This document shows positions 51,052-60,839 of a DNA stretch of 64,000 bases, piece after piece; position 1 is the first letter of the stretch, and each line of letters begins with the position of its first letter. The DNA is from an uncultured cyanobacterium (lineage in GTDB: Bacteria > Cyanobacteriota > Cyanobacteriia > PCC-9006 > JAAUQQ01). Under the pieces are notes generated by a model. That model was not told the DNA's origin and did not search any database. It saw only the letters and a program-made list of their open reading frames with translations. The stretch lies in contig OY970368.1 of the NCBI GenBank assembly GCA_963718615.1, positions 4,702,524 through 4,766,523 on the forward strand, read 5' to 3'. A program made the position numbers and the translations under genes.

Positions 51052-52571
51052 AGGAAAAGATTGGCGAGCACTGGTGGCATGGGTAACACAATCAACAGCA
51101 GCAGTGCCAGGGTCAGTAGCCCCAACCCATCGCGAGCGTTATTGAGTTCGCTGACATCGTTGAGCGCAGGCTCGTCCACTGCTGGAATAAAAAATAGCAA
51201 AATTGCCCAGACCAGCAGCTCTTTTTGCACAAAGGACAGCATCAAAACCAGTAGCCGAGCCACTTGACCAATGATTGCGCCGGTTTTTTGACCAAACATG
51301 GCGTGGACCATGTGGCCGCCGTCGAGCTGGCCAATGGGCATGAGATTGAGGGCGGTGACAATCAGTCCGAGGTAGCCGGCGATCGCCACTGGGTGCATGG
51401 CGATCGCCGCGTTCCAGGTCACATCACTCCCCAGCAGCCAACGGCTCAGGAGCATCAGCAAAATCGAAATTTGGGGATTGAGAGCATCGAACTGGAGCAA
51501 CCCCGCTTCTGTGTCTGCGGGGACCACCTGGGAATGGGCCAACCCCCAAAGTAAAAAGGGCACCGTCACCACCAAACCGGCCAGCGGACCGGCAATCCCC
51601 ACATCAAACAGAATTTTGCGGTTGGGCATGGGGGAGCGAATCTGAATAAACGCCCCAAAGGTCCCCAAGAAAGCGGGAATCGGGATGAAATAGGGCAACG
51701 AAGTCTTGAGTCGATAGCGACGCGCGGCCAGGAAATGACCCCCTTCATGAATGCCCAAAATGATCAGCAGCGGTAGGGCATAGGGCAATCCCTTCAACAG
51801 CAGGTCGGGCTGCTGGGTCAGCTCCGTCAGCGAGGTAATGGGAGATCCCACGAACCCCAACCCCACTAGCGTCGTCGTCAGCAGGGTCAGCCCCAGGAGT
51901 CCTAGGGCCAATCCATAGCGATAGGGTTGTGAATCCTCTGCCAGTTGACTTTCCAGACGTTTGGCCTGGGGATTGGGGACGAGGGCGAAAAAGGGCTTGC
52001 CGCTGAGGTCTTCTTGTAGAAGGAGGAGGAAGCGATCGCCAAAGGTGCGCTGAACATTTTGCTCGATAGCACCATAGGCTTGCTCAGGACTGGTTTTCAA
52101 TTGCCCTTGGCAAATCACCGCCTGCAGTCGATATTCAATTTTGTTAAGGAAGTAGGTTGACCAAGAAAAACACTGGCGAAGCTGTGCCTCTTCCTCGGAA
52201 TTGAGCGGAGGCTTGGGGGGCGTGATCTCCGGTCGTCGTTGGGGCAGCTCACCGCGCGATGTTTCCGTCTCTCTCGCATTAACCGCAGGGAGAGGAGCCG
52301 CCGAGGATGTGTTTGGATCCTTGGGGGTTGGACGCCAGAGCGCCAGCAGGACCAAATAAATCAAGGGGCAAACCAAAAAGGGACCCAAGATCAGTAGAGG
52401 TGGAATTTGCTGCTCTCCCTGGTGAAACAGGCTCCACCCTGTCCAGATGAGGGCGGGCGTCATCATCACCAGCCAAAGCACCCAAATTCGACCCCCGACA
52501 AGCGATGGAACGCTGCGCTTCAAAATGATGTATGTCAGCCATCCCAAGACAGCTAGCCAGAACAGTGTCAT
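51048..52571 (-). CDS. Site-2 protease family zinc metalloprotease (M50)
   Basis: HExxH motif IILGIHEGGHFLAARRY and a downstream LDGG motif in a polytopic membrane protein. Confidence 0.75.
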   Translation of the reverse strand: MTLFWLAVLGWLTYIILKRSVPSLVGGRIWVLWLVMMTPALIWTGWSLFHQGEQQIPPLLILGPFLVCPLIYLVLLALWRPTPKDPNTSSAAPLPAVNARETETSRGELPQRRPEITPPKPPLNSEEEAQLRQCFSWSTYFLNKIEYRLQAVICQGQLKTSPEQAYGAIEQNVQRTFGDRFLLLLQEDLSGKPFFALVPNPQAKRLESQLAEDSQPYRYGLALGLLGLTLLTTTLVGLGFVGSPITSLTELTQQPDLLLKGLPYALPLLIILGIHEGGHFLAARRYRLKTSLPYFIPIPAFLGTFGAFIQIRSPMPNRKILFDVGIAGPLAGLVVTVPFLLWGLAHSQVVPADTEAGLLQFDALNPQISILLMLLSRWLLGSDVTWNAAIAMHPVAIAGYLGLIVTALNLMPIGQLDGGHMVHAMFGQKTGAIIGQVARLLVLMLSFVQKELLVWAILLFFIPAVDEPALNDVSELNNARDGLGLLTLALLLLIVLPMPPVLANLFL

Positions 52572-52694
52572 TCTTGATAGGTTGAAATAATTGCTAAAGC
52601 GCTGTGCTTTTCTCCCATTGTCTCATTTTCAATCGGGAACAGGCATCTGCCATTAAGCCGTGTAACAAGTTCATCCTATCCCTCGCTACCGGAT

Positions 52695-53399
52695 TTGCCC
52701 GTGCCTTTTGAGTCTCCTGATGATTTCACTCTTGCGATCGCCTCAGGCAAGCCGCCACAATTAGTATTCCCAGGCTTAATGGCATTTCCGCCGAATCGCG
52801 ACACCCTCGGCGGTACAGCCTATGTGGTCGAGACCACCGCAGGTAACCTCTTAGTTGATAGTCCGCCCTGGACGGAGACCACCCAAGCTCACCTCAAAGC
52901 CTGCGGCGTTCGCTGGTTTTTTTTGACGCAACGCAACGCTATGGCCCAGGTTAAGGCGATTCAGCAAGCCTTAGATTGCGAAGTCGTGGTGCAGGAGCAA
53001 GAAGCCTACCTACTCCCCCAGGTTACGGTGACGACCTTTGGCAGCGGCATCTCTCTCTCGGATGATTTGGAAGGCATTTGGACCAGTGGCTATTCTCCCG
53101 GAGCGGCCTGTCTCTATTGGCGGAGTCCGGCAGGGGGCGTGCTGTTGAGCGGTCGGCATCTGCTGCCGACGGCCCAGGGCGACATCGGGCCGCTGCGGAC
53201 GGCGAAGACGTTTCACTGGCCGCGCCAATTGAGGGCGGTGGGGGCGTTGCGCGATCGCTTCGCCCCAGAGACCCTACGCTGGGTTTGCCCCGGTGCAAGC
53301 ATCGGATTTTTACGGGGTCAATATGCGGTCGACCACGCCTATGAAAAACTCTTGGCCTTGGATCTCGAAGCTCTCAAAGGTCAGGAACCTGGTGTTTAG
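52695..53399 (+). CDS. MBL-fold-like hypothetical protein with degenerate metal-binding motif
   Basis: A beta-lactamase-fold-like pattern (...GGTAYVVETTAGNLLVDSPPW...) but with FFLTQRNAM at the position of the HxHxDH motif, so it is probably non-catalytic. Confidence 0.35.
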   Translation: MPVPFESPDDFTLAIASGKPPQLVFPGLMAFPPNRDTLGGTAYVVETTAGNLLVDSPPWTETTQAHLKACGVRWFFLTQRNAMAQVKAIQQALDCEVVVQEQEAYLLPQVTVTTFGSGISLSDDLEGIWTSGYSPGAACLYWRSPAGGVLLSGRHLLPTAQGDIGPLRTAKTFHWPRQLRAVGALRDRFAPETLRWVCPGASIGFLRGQYAVDHAYEKLLALDLEALKGQEPGV

Positions 53400-54886
53400 C
53401 GAGAGAGCAGCGGGGAGCTTGGCTCAACTTGGATGGATTGGGCGATCGCCTGCATTGAGACTTCGCTCAGCGACATAAATCCCTGGGGCATAATGCCCAA
53501 AAGTACAATCAGCAGTGACAAAGCCGCCGCTGGGACATATTCCCGCAGGGCGACGCCAGGTAGGTCAGAGAACGCTTCGGGCAGCCGACCAAAGAAGGCT
53601 CGGTTGACCAAAAGCAAAAAATAAACCGAAGTTAAACCCGTTCCCACAATGCACAGCAGGGTTTGTAAGGGAAAAACCAAAAAACTACCCCGGAAAATGC
53701 TGAACTCGGCAACAAAGCCAATTAAACCGGGCAAACCGCTGCTGGCCATGACCCCCAAAATCATAAACGAGCCCACCAGGGGCAAACCTCGCTCTGGGGT
53801 GAGCAATCCCCGCAGAACCGATAGATCCCGCGTTCCGGTACGGCTATAGACAAAGCCCACCATCAAGAACAGCAGCGCTGAAATCAAGCCGTGGCTGACC
53901 ATCTGGGCCACCGCCCCCACCAAACTCAAGGGCGTCGCCGCTGCCAAGGCCAGCAAAATATAGCCCATGTGGCCAATCGAGCTATAGGCCACGAGCTTCT
54001 TCATGTCCTGCTGGACGATGGCATTGAGCGAGCCATAGAGCGTGCTCACCACCGCCAAAATCGCCAAAATTGGTGCAAAGACTTCCCAGGCCTGGGGCAA
54101 CAGACCTAGCCCAAACCGCAACAAGCCATAGGTCCCGAGTTTGAGCAAAACCCCCGCCAGCAGCATAGAAACCGGTGTAGAGGCTTCGACGTGGGCATCG
54201 GGCAGCCAAGTGTGCAGCGGCACCATCGGAATCTTGATGCCAAACGCCACCACCAGGAGGCCCAGGAGAATCAACTGCTGCCCCAGAGTCAAGGCTTGGC
54301 CCAGGGACGAATCATAGGCAAAGGAGCCGGTGCCGCTGAGAGCAACAATTCCTAAAAAACCGAGGAGCAAAAAGATCCCAGAAACAGCGGTATAGATCAA
54401 AAACTTGGTGGCGGCGTAGCCTCGCCGCTTGCCGCCCCAAATGGCGATCAGCAAATAGAGCGGAATCAGTTCCACCTCGTAAAACAGGAAAAACAGGAGA
54501 AGATCCTGGGCGAGAAAAGCTCCGGTAACACCGCCGCTGATCAATAGCATCAAGCTGTAGTAGAGGCGGGTTCGGGGAAGGGCGCGATCGCTCGCATAAA
54601 TCACCAACACCATCAGCAGTTGATTAAGCAGCACGAGGGGGAGGGATAACCCATCCACCCCCAAGCGATAGCCCAACCCCAGGGCATCGAGCCAGGGTAA
54701 CGTTTCGGTGAGCTGAAAGCCTGGATTGGACCAATCAAATTGCCAAAGCACGATCAACGCCAACCCCAAACCTAGCCCCGCTGTAATGCCAGCCCAAATC
54801 CGAGGCTGCTGAGAATCGGCGCGATCAGGCAAAAACGCAATCACTGCTGCCGCGATGATGGGAACCCAAACCAGGGCGCTGAGCAT
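53396..54886 (-). CDS. ndhD: NAD(P)H-quinone oxidoreductase subunit 4 (NdhD; complex I chain M family)
   Basis: ...MVPLHTWLPDAHVEASTPVSMLLAGVLLKLGTYGLLRF..., 496 aa, closer in size to NdhD3/D4-type paralogues. Confidence 0.85.
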   Translation of the reverse strand: MLSALVWVPIIAAAVIAFLPDRADSQQPRIWAGITAGLGLGLALIVLWQFDWSNPGFQLTETLPWLDALGLGYRLGVDGLSLPLVLLNQLLMVLVIYASDRALPRTRLYYSLMLLISGGVTGAFLAQDLLLFFLFYEVELIPLYLLIAIWGGKRRGYAATKFLIYTAVSGIFLLLGFLGIVALSGTGSFAYDSSLGQALTLGQQLILLGLLVVAFGIKIPMVPLHTWLPDAHVEASTPVSMLLAGVLLKLGTYGLLRFGLGLLPQAWEVFAPILAILAVVSTLYGSLNAIVQQDMKKLVAYSSIGHMGYILLALAAATPLSLVGAVAQMVSHGLISALLFLMVGFVYSRTGTRDLSVLRGLLTPERGLPLVGSFMILGVMASSGLPGLIGFVAEFSIFRGSFLVFPLQTLLCIVGTGLTSVYFLLLVNRAFFGRLPEAFSDLPGVALREYVPAAALSLLIVLLGIMPQGFMSLSEVSMQAIAQSIQVEPSSPLLSR

Positions 54887-55116
54887 AATCCCTCCCTAAG
54901 GATTGCATTGGAAAAGGCGTTTATCCATCGACCCTACCGTGAAACGGGACCCAGCAAAACCCAAACCGCCATCCCCCAAGAGAATCTACCGCAAGATTCA
55001 CCGCAAGATTCACCGAAAAATGGACAAATATCCCCACCCAACCCATGAAAAAGCCCTGCAATGCAGGGCCTATCAAAAATCTGTCTATTCCAAAAACTGT
55101 CGGTTAAGCCCAAAAA

Positions 55117-55260
55117 TTACATCAGGCCAAGCTGAGACAGAATACCTTGACCGGTCAGCAGTTCAGTCGCGAGACCGATGATGAAGCCCAACATGGCGAG
55201 ACGACCATTCCAAGTCTCAGCGAAGTTGGTGAAACCGAATTTAGTACCTTGACCTTCCAT
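55117..55260 (-). CDS. hli: High-light-inducible protein (Hlip/Scp, one-helix CAB-like)
   Basis: MEGQGTKFGFTNFAETWNGRLAMLGFIIGLATELLTGQGILSQLGLM, 47 aa, the canonical Hlip sequence. It is below the track's ORF size cut-off. Confidence 0.85.
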   Translation of the reverse strand: MEGQGTKFGFTNFAETWNGRLAMLGFIIGLATELLTGQGILSQLGLM

Positions 55261-55301
55261 TGCAGTGTCCTCCTGTGGGAATGAACAAATGAGCGTCTTG
55301 C

Positions 55302-55319
55302 TTTGTAAATAAATGTAAC
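55302..55319 (-). promoter_or_regulatory. HLR1 element (RpaB-type direct repeat) upstream of hli
   Basis: The minus strand reads GTTACATT-TA-TTTACAAA, two (G/T)TTACA(T/A)(T/A) repeats separated by 2 nt, 42 nt upstream of the hli ATG. Confidence 0.6.
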
Positions 55320-55452
55320 CTATCTGACGTCGACCTGCAATATAACTTTAGGGTGAGAAAACCGAACCTAAAACCTTGTCCTGTCAGGGCTTGAAGACTT
55401 TGGCAGGGGGATCGCTTCGTTTTAATGGCTGCAATGGAACAAAACTATGGTA

Positions 55453-55475
55453 GGGACAGGGCAATGCCCTGTCCC
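55453..55475. terminator. Second copy of the palindromic hairpin repeat, followed by TTTTT; downstream of glgP and upstream of hli
   Basis: gggacagggc-aat-gccctgtccc, then tacgttttt. It differs from the 10082 copy by a paired T:A to G:C change. Confidence 0.5.
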
Positions 55476-55503
55476 TACGTTTTTGCAGCGATCGAGGGTG
55501 AGC

Positions 55504-58104
55504 TTAGAGATTCGGCATGGGGACCCGGAGCCCTAGGGTTGCAATATCCCCGGAATAGGAGCTGTCCGCTTCAATCGTCACGGGTTGGACCTGCCAAATC
55601 TCGTCGCAGTATTCCTGGATGGTGCGATCGGACGAGAACTTTGCCATCCGCAAAGCATTCAGGATCGACATGTGGGTCCATTTGTCGCGATCGCGATAGG
55701 TCTCACTCACCCGATCCTGACAGTCGATATAGTCCTGATAATCCGCTAGGAGCATATAAGTGTCGTCATAGACCAAGGAATCCACCAGCGGACGGAAGAG
55801 CTCCGGCTCACCTGGTGAGAACAACCCTGAGCCAATTTGATCTAGGACCAGCTTGAGGCGAGGGTTGGCTTCGTAGTAGTCGCGAGGGCAATAGCCCTGG
55901 TGCTTGAGCTTATCCACACCTTCGGCGGTGAGGCCAAACAGGAAGAAGTTTTCTTCGCCGACCTCTTCGCGGATTTCGATATTGGCTCCATCCAGGGTGC
56001 CAATGGTGAGGGCTCCATTCATCGAAAACTTCATGTTGCCTGTACCGGAGGCTTCCTTACCTGCGGTGGAAATTTGCTCCGACAGATCCGCTGCGGGGTA
56101 AATGCGGTGACCTTGGGAGACGCTAAAGTTGGGCAAAAAGACAACCTTGAGTCGTCCTCGCACATCGGGATCGCTGTTGACTAGGGCGGCGATCGCGTTA
56201 ATCAGCTTAATCTGCAACTTCGCCATGAAGTAACCCGGCGCGGCTTTGCCGCTAAAGATAAATGTCCGGGGGACAATATCTAGCTCAGGGGTTTGCTTGA
56301 GGCGGTTGTAGAGCGTGACGATGTGAAGCGCTGCCAGGAGCTGGCGCTTGTATTCGTGAATTCGCTTGACTTGAACATCGAACAGGGAGTTGGGATCAAC
56401 TTCGATGCCGGTGTTCTTACAAATGTGTTCGGCGAGGAGCTGCTTGTTGTAGTGCTTGATCTGCCGCCAGCGATCGCAAAACGCCGAATCATCCACCATC
56501 GGCTCTAGGGCCCGCAGTTTATCCAAGTCCCGTAGCCAAGCTTCACTGCCCAGATGTTCGGTATAGAGCTGCGACAGCTCCGGATTGCTCAGGAGCAGCC
56601 AGCGGCGGGGCGTCACGCCATTGGTTTTGTTGAAGAATTTTTCGGGCCAGAGATCGTAAAAATCCTTGAGCGTAGATTGTTTCAGTAGCTCCGTATGCAG
56701 GGCTGCCACGCCATTGATGGCATGACTCCCCACACAGGCCAAATGGGCCATCCGAATGGATTGATTCGCCCCTTCTTGGATAATCGATAGCCGAGACACG
56801 CGCTCGTCATCACCGGGATACCAGTGGCGCACATCTTCCAGGAAGCGATGGTTGATTTCGTAGACGATTTCTAGAATGCGCGGCAGCACCCGGCCAAACA
56901 GCTCCACTGGCCAACGCTCCAGGGCTTCAGGCATCAAGGTGTGGTTGGTGTAGGCAAAGGTTTTCTGGGTGATTTTCCAGGCTTGATCCCAGTCGATGCC
57001 GTGTTCATCCACCAGCAACCGCATTAGTTCCGCGACGCCGACGGTGGGGTGCGTGTCATTGAGCTGAACCGCAAAATGCTCGTGGAAATTGCTGAGATTG
57101 GCATTCACCTTGAGGTGGTTCCGAACCATGTCCTGCAACGAAGCCGACACAAAGAAATATTGCTGCTCTAAACGCAGTTCTCGTCCCTGGGGGGTGTTGT
57201 CGTTGGGATAAAGAACCTTGGAGATATTTTCGGAGACGAGCTTATCTTGGACGGCGCGATCGTAATTGCCCGCATTAAACGCGTCAAAATTGAATTCGTC
57301 GCTGGCTTCCGCCTTCCAGAGCCGTAGGGTGTTCACCGTATTGGTGCGATAGCCAGGCACTGCCGTATCGTAGGGAACCGCCACGACCGTCCGTCCGGGG
57401 ATCCAGGACACATGCAGCTCGCCCTTGGCATTCCGATGGACCTCGGTATAGCCCCCCAGCTTGACTCCCACCCGCTCCTCATGGCGCATCAGCTCCCAGG
57501 GGTTGCCAAACTTAAGCCATTGGTCAGGGATTTCTACCTGCCAGCCATTGCGAATAATCTGATGGAAAATCCCAAACTCGTAGCGAATGCCATAGCCAAT
57601 GGCGGGGATCTCCAGCGTTGCCAAGGAATCTAAAAAGCAAGCGGCCAACCGTCCCAAACCGCCATTGCCTAAGCCGGGATCGGCCTCCGTTTCCAGCAAA
57701 TCATCAAGTTCCAGACCAGAGGCTTCTAGGGCTTGCTGAACCGTGTCATACAACCCTAGGTTGATCAGGTTATTGCCGAGATAGCGCCCCATCAAAAATT
57801 CTGCTGAAAGGTAGCAGACCACTTTGTGTTGGCTATCGATATAGACCTTTTGGGTTTTGAGCCAGCGCCGTAGGAGGCGATCGCGCACCGTATAGGCCAA
57901 AGACTCATAATAATCCGATGCCGTGGCCGTCTCTTCCGACCGACCAATCAAGAAAAACAAATGATCGACAAAGGCCCGCCGCAGCGCCTCAACGCTGGTC
58001 CCGGTGCGATCGTCCTCCACCTGAATTTGCACAGTGTTGCCCTTAGAGTCGCAAGCACCCACAGTGGTCAATTCAGTTCCGTTCGGGAAAGGGGTCTGAG
58101 TCAT
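55504..58104 (-). CDS. glgP: Glycogen phosphorylase
   Basis: 866 aa with PLP site EASGTGNMKF and full-length GT35 family similarity. Confidence 0.95.
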   Translation of the reverse strand: MTQTPFPNGTELTTVGACDSKGNTVQIQVEDDRTGTSVEALRRAFVDHLFFLIGRSEETATASDYYESLAYTVRDRLLRRWLKTQKVYIDSQHKVVCYLSAEFLMGRYLGNNLINLGLYDTVQQALEASGLELDDLLETEADPGLGNGGLGRLAACFLDSLATLEIPAIGYGIRYEFGIFHQIIRNGWQVEIPDQWLKFGNPWELMRHEERVGVKLGGYTEVHRNAKGELHVSWIPGRTVVAVPYDTAVPGYRTNTVNTLRLWKAEASDEFNFDAFNAGNYDRAVQDKLVSENISKVLYPNDNTPQGRELRLEQQYFFVSASLQDMVRNHLKVNANLSNFHEHFAVQLNDTHPTVGVAELMRLLVDEHGIDWDQAWKITQKTFAYTNHTLMPEALERWPVELFGRVLPRILEIVYEINHRFLEDVRHWYPGDDERVSRLSIIQEGANQSIRMAHLACVGSHAINGVAALHTELLKQSTLKDFYDLWPEKFFNKTNGVTPRRWLLLSNPELSQLYTEHLGSEAWLRDLDKLRALEPMVDDSAFCDRWRQIKHYNKQLLAEHICKNTGIEVDPNSLFDVQVKRIHEYKRQLLAALHIVTLYNRLKQTPELDIVPRTFIFSGKAAPGYFMAKLQIKLINAIAALVNSDPDVRGRLKVVFLPNFSVSQGHRIYPAADLSEQISTAGKEASGTGNMKFSMNGALTIGTLDGANIEIREEVGEENFFLFGLTAEGVDKLKHQGYCPRDYYEANPRLKLVLDQIGSGLFSPGEPELFRPLVDSLVYDDTYMLLADYQDYIDCQDRVSETYRDRDKWTHMSILNALRMAKFSSDRTIQEYCDEIWQVQPVTIEADSSYSGDIATLGLRVPMPNL

Positions 58105-58213
58105 AATTCCTCATCAAATGCAGTAGATACGGTAACCGGCGGCCAAGCCTGAGCTTTAACCGCCGGACAGATCTAGAGAGCAATCAAAGCAGCAAAAGCG
58201 AAAAATACAGTCG

Positions 58214-59254
58214 TTAGGCTAGGGCTAACGGAAGCTCTGCTTCGCGGGCTGCCATGCTCAACAACAGATCGATCATTCGGTTAGAGTACCCCCACTCATT
58301 GTCATACCAGGCCAATACCTTGAAAAACTGCTCATTTAAGGCCAAACCGGCCCCGGCATCAAAGATGCTGGAATGGGGATCGGAGGTAAAGTCAGTGGAG
58401 ACAACTGGCTCATCGGTATAGCCCAGAATGCCTAAGAGTGGGCCTTCAGCTGCTTGGCGCATCGCTGCACAGATGTCTTCATAGCGCGTCGAGCGCGTCG
58501 TTCTAAAGGTCAGATCGACCACCGAAACATCCGGCGTGGGCACACGCAGAGCCATTCCTGTTAACCGACCTTTGAGCTCCGGCAATACCAGCGTAACGGC
58601 TTTGGCGGCTCCCGTCGACGCCGGAATAATATTCTGACCAGCCCCGCGTCCCCCGCGCAGATCCTTCTTAGAAGGACCATCCACCGTCGGCTGAGTCGCG
58701 GTTGCCGCATGGACTGTGGTCATCAGCCCCTCTTCTAGACCAAAGTTCTCCTGAATGACTTTGGCGATGGGAGCTAGACAATTTGTCGTACAACTCGCAT
58801 TGGAGACAATCCGATGGATACGGGGATCAAAATTTTGATGGTTAACCCCCATGACAAACGTGGGAATTTTCTCCGGCTCCTTCGTGGGAGCAGACAGCAG
58901 AACGCGCTGGGCCCCAGCCTTGAGATGCTGCGATGCCCCTTCATAGTCCGTAAATAATCCAGTTGCTTCAATGACGTAATCAACGCCCAAGTCACCCCAA
59001 GGAATATGGACAGGATGACGATGATCGCAACAGGTAATGAAGCGATCGTTCACCACGATTCCGTTGGGAAGCACTTCAACTTTTCCCTTAAAACGTCCGT
59101 GAGTTGAGTCGTATTTCAGGAGATAGGCAAGATTCGCGGGAGGATAGAGGTCATTAATTGCAACAAACTCAATGTCGGGGTTTTGAATACCGGCCCGAAA
59201 GACTAGTCGTCCGATCCGGCCAAAACCATTGATGCCTACCTTGACAGCGGCCAT
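58214..59254 (-). CDS. gap1: Glyceraldehyde-3-phosphate dehydrogenase (glycolytic Gap1-type)
   Basis: [16 protein letters not shown]...[12 protein letters not shown].... [11 protein letters not shown] resembles the NAD-specific Gap1 class. Confidence 0.9.
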   Translation of the reverse strand: MAAVKVGINGFGRIGRLVFRAGIQNPDIEFVAINDLYPPANLAYLLKYDSTHGRFKGKVEVLPNGIVVNDRFITCCDHRHPVHIPWGDLGVDYVIEATGLFTDYEGASQHLKAGAQRVLLSAPTKEPEKIPTFVMGVNHQNFDPRIHRIVSNASCTTNCLAPIAKVIQENFGLEEGLMTTVHAATATQPTVDGPSKKDLRGGRGAGQNIIPASTGAAKAVTLVLPELKGRLTGMALRVPTPDVSVVDLTFRTTRSTRYEDICAAMRQAAEGPLLGILGYTDEPVVSTDFTSDPHSSIFDAGAGLALNEQFFKVLAWYDNEWGYSNRMIDLLLSMAAREAELPLALA

Positions 59255-59380
59255 GGACTGAACTCCGTAGAAAAAATAATGGAACGTATGGAAAAAACGC
59301 GGGATTTGGAGTCAGTGTATCCAGGGTCACGATGGGGATCGCAGGTCGCTCTATGTTTCTTTGGATTAGTTAGGAATTAG

Positions 59381-60820
59381 TTAGAAATTCTCTGGGTTTT
59401 GTTTACGTGCTTGAAGTTTGAGCACGACCTCGGCATGCACTTCGCGGGTAATAGGATAAAAGTAGGCCAAAACGATCCCACAAAGCAACGAAAGCGTTGG
59501 TAATGGACCAATAGCCATGCGAATGGCCTGGAGTGCAGAGTCCGGCTGGACGGGTAGGGCCTCGCCAGGACCTGCTTTGAGAAAGCCTGCGCTCTGAAGG
59601 GAGAGACCCACGAGAAAAAGCCCTAGGGCAAGACCAAACTTTTGCAACAAAACCATAAAGCCATAGAAAACCCCTTCCCGCCGTTGCCCCGTTTTGAGTT
59701 CATCTAACTCAATAATGTCAGGAATCATGGACCAGGGCACTAAGTAAGCCGTTGAAACGCCAAACCCGGCCATCACCGCTAAGGCATACATCAGTCCCAC
59801 CTGGCCAGGGCGCAATAAAAACAAACCAATTTGGGCAATAATCCACAGCCCCATCCCCATGAAATAGACCACTTTTTTGCCCAGCCGTTTGCTGACTTGG
59901 CTCCAAACAAACAGCATGAGCAAGGCTGTTCCTTGCACCGCGATCATCACAGTGGCAAAGTCCGCCTGCCGAAGACCCATGCAATTCACCACAAAATAGG
60001 GAATGATGCTAGCGGTGATCTGTACGGCGAGCCAGGAGCAAAGGTAGATGCCAATGACATAAAGAAATGGCACATTGCTAAAGGCGATTTTGAATTGCTG
60101 AAACAGGGGAATTTCCGTGTCCTGATTGGCTTGAATGCGTTTGGCCTCAAAGGCAAGCGCCCGTTTGCGAACCCCAAAGACACACCAGTAAAGGGCTAGG
60201 GTGGAGATGACACTGGCGATCGCCGCCAACACCAAATATTGCAACTCGCGCTGCTCTTCAGGTATGACGATAAAGATGACTTGAACCAGCAGTAGAGATA
60301 AAATACTCCCCCCAATCGAAAACGCAAACCGAAAACTATTTAATTGAGTGCGCTCGTCGTAATCCTGGGTCAACTCCGGCGTCATGGCCGTATAGGGCAG
60401 GTTCACAACGGTGTAAAACGCCTGGGAAATTGCTCCGACGATCACGTAGTACCAGAACAATGCCCAAAGATTAGGCGTTCCTCCCCCAAAACGGGGCACG
60501 ATCCAGAGCAAAAAAGCAGAAAAGCCAAAGGGAATGGCTCCATAGAAAAGCCATGGTAATCGTCGTCCCCATCGCCGCGACTGCGTTTTGTCTGTCAAGA
60601 CCCCCACGATGGGATCATTGACGGCATCCCAGATTTTACTGATTAAAAGGATGCTGCCTGCCAATCCCGGTGGAATACCTGCCACATTGGTAAAAAACAC
60701 CAACTGCAAGAAAATGATGATGTTGGCGGTAATGGCAGGACCCAGGTCTCCAGCCCCAAAGGCCAGTTTGGTCCACAAACTGAGGGGAGGATCTATGGAA
60801 TGAGAAGCAGGCTGCGTCAT
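59381..60820 (-). CDS. MFS transporter, glycoside-pentoside-hexuronide:cation symporter-like
   Basis: 479 aa with 12 predicted TM helices and GPH-family-like motifs (...DPIVGVLTDKTQSRRWGRRLPW...). Confidence 0.7.
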   Translation of the reverse strand: MTQPASHSIDPPLSLWTKLAFGAGDLGPAITANIIIFLQLVFFTNVAGIPPGLAGSILLISKIWDAVNDPIVGVLTDKTQSRRWGRRLPWLFYGAIPFGFSAFLLWIVPRFGGGTPNLWALFWYYVIVGAISQAFYTVVNLPYTAMTPELTQDYDERTQLNSFRFAFSIGGSILSLLLVQVIFIVIPEEQRELQYLVLAAIASVISTLALYWCVFGVRKRALAFEAKRIQANQDTEIPLFQQFKIAFSNVPFLYVIGIYLCSWLAVQITASIIPYFVVNCMGLRQADFATVMIAVQGTALLMLFVWSQVSKRLGKKVVYFMGMGLWIIAQIGLFLLRPGQVGLMYALAVMAGFGVSTAYLVPWSMIPDIIELDELKTGQRREGVFYGFMVLLQKFGLALGLFLVGLSLQSAGFLKAGPGEALPVQPDSALQAIRMAIGPLPTLSLLCGIVLAYFYPITREVHAEVVLKLQARKQNPENF

Positions 60821-60839
60821 CGAAACCTCCGAGAGACCC

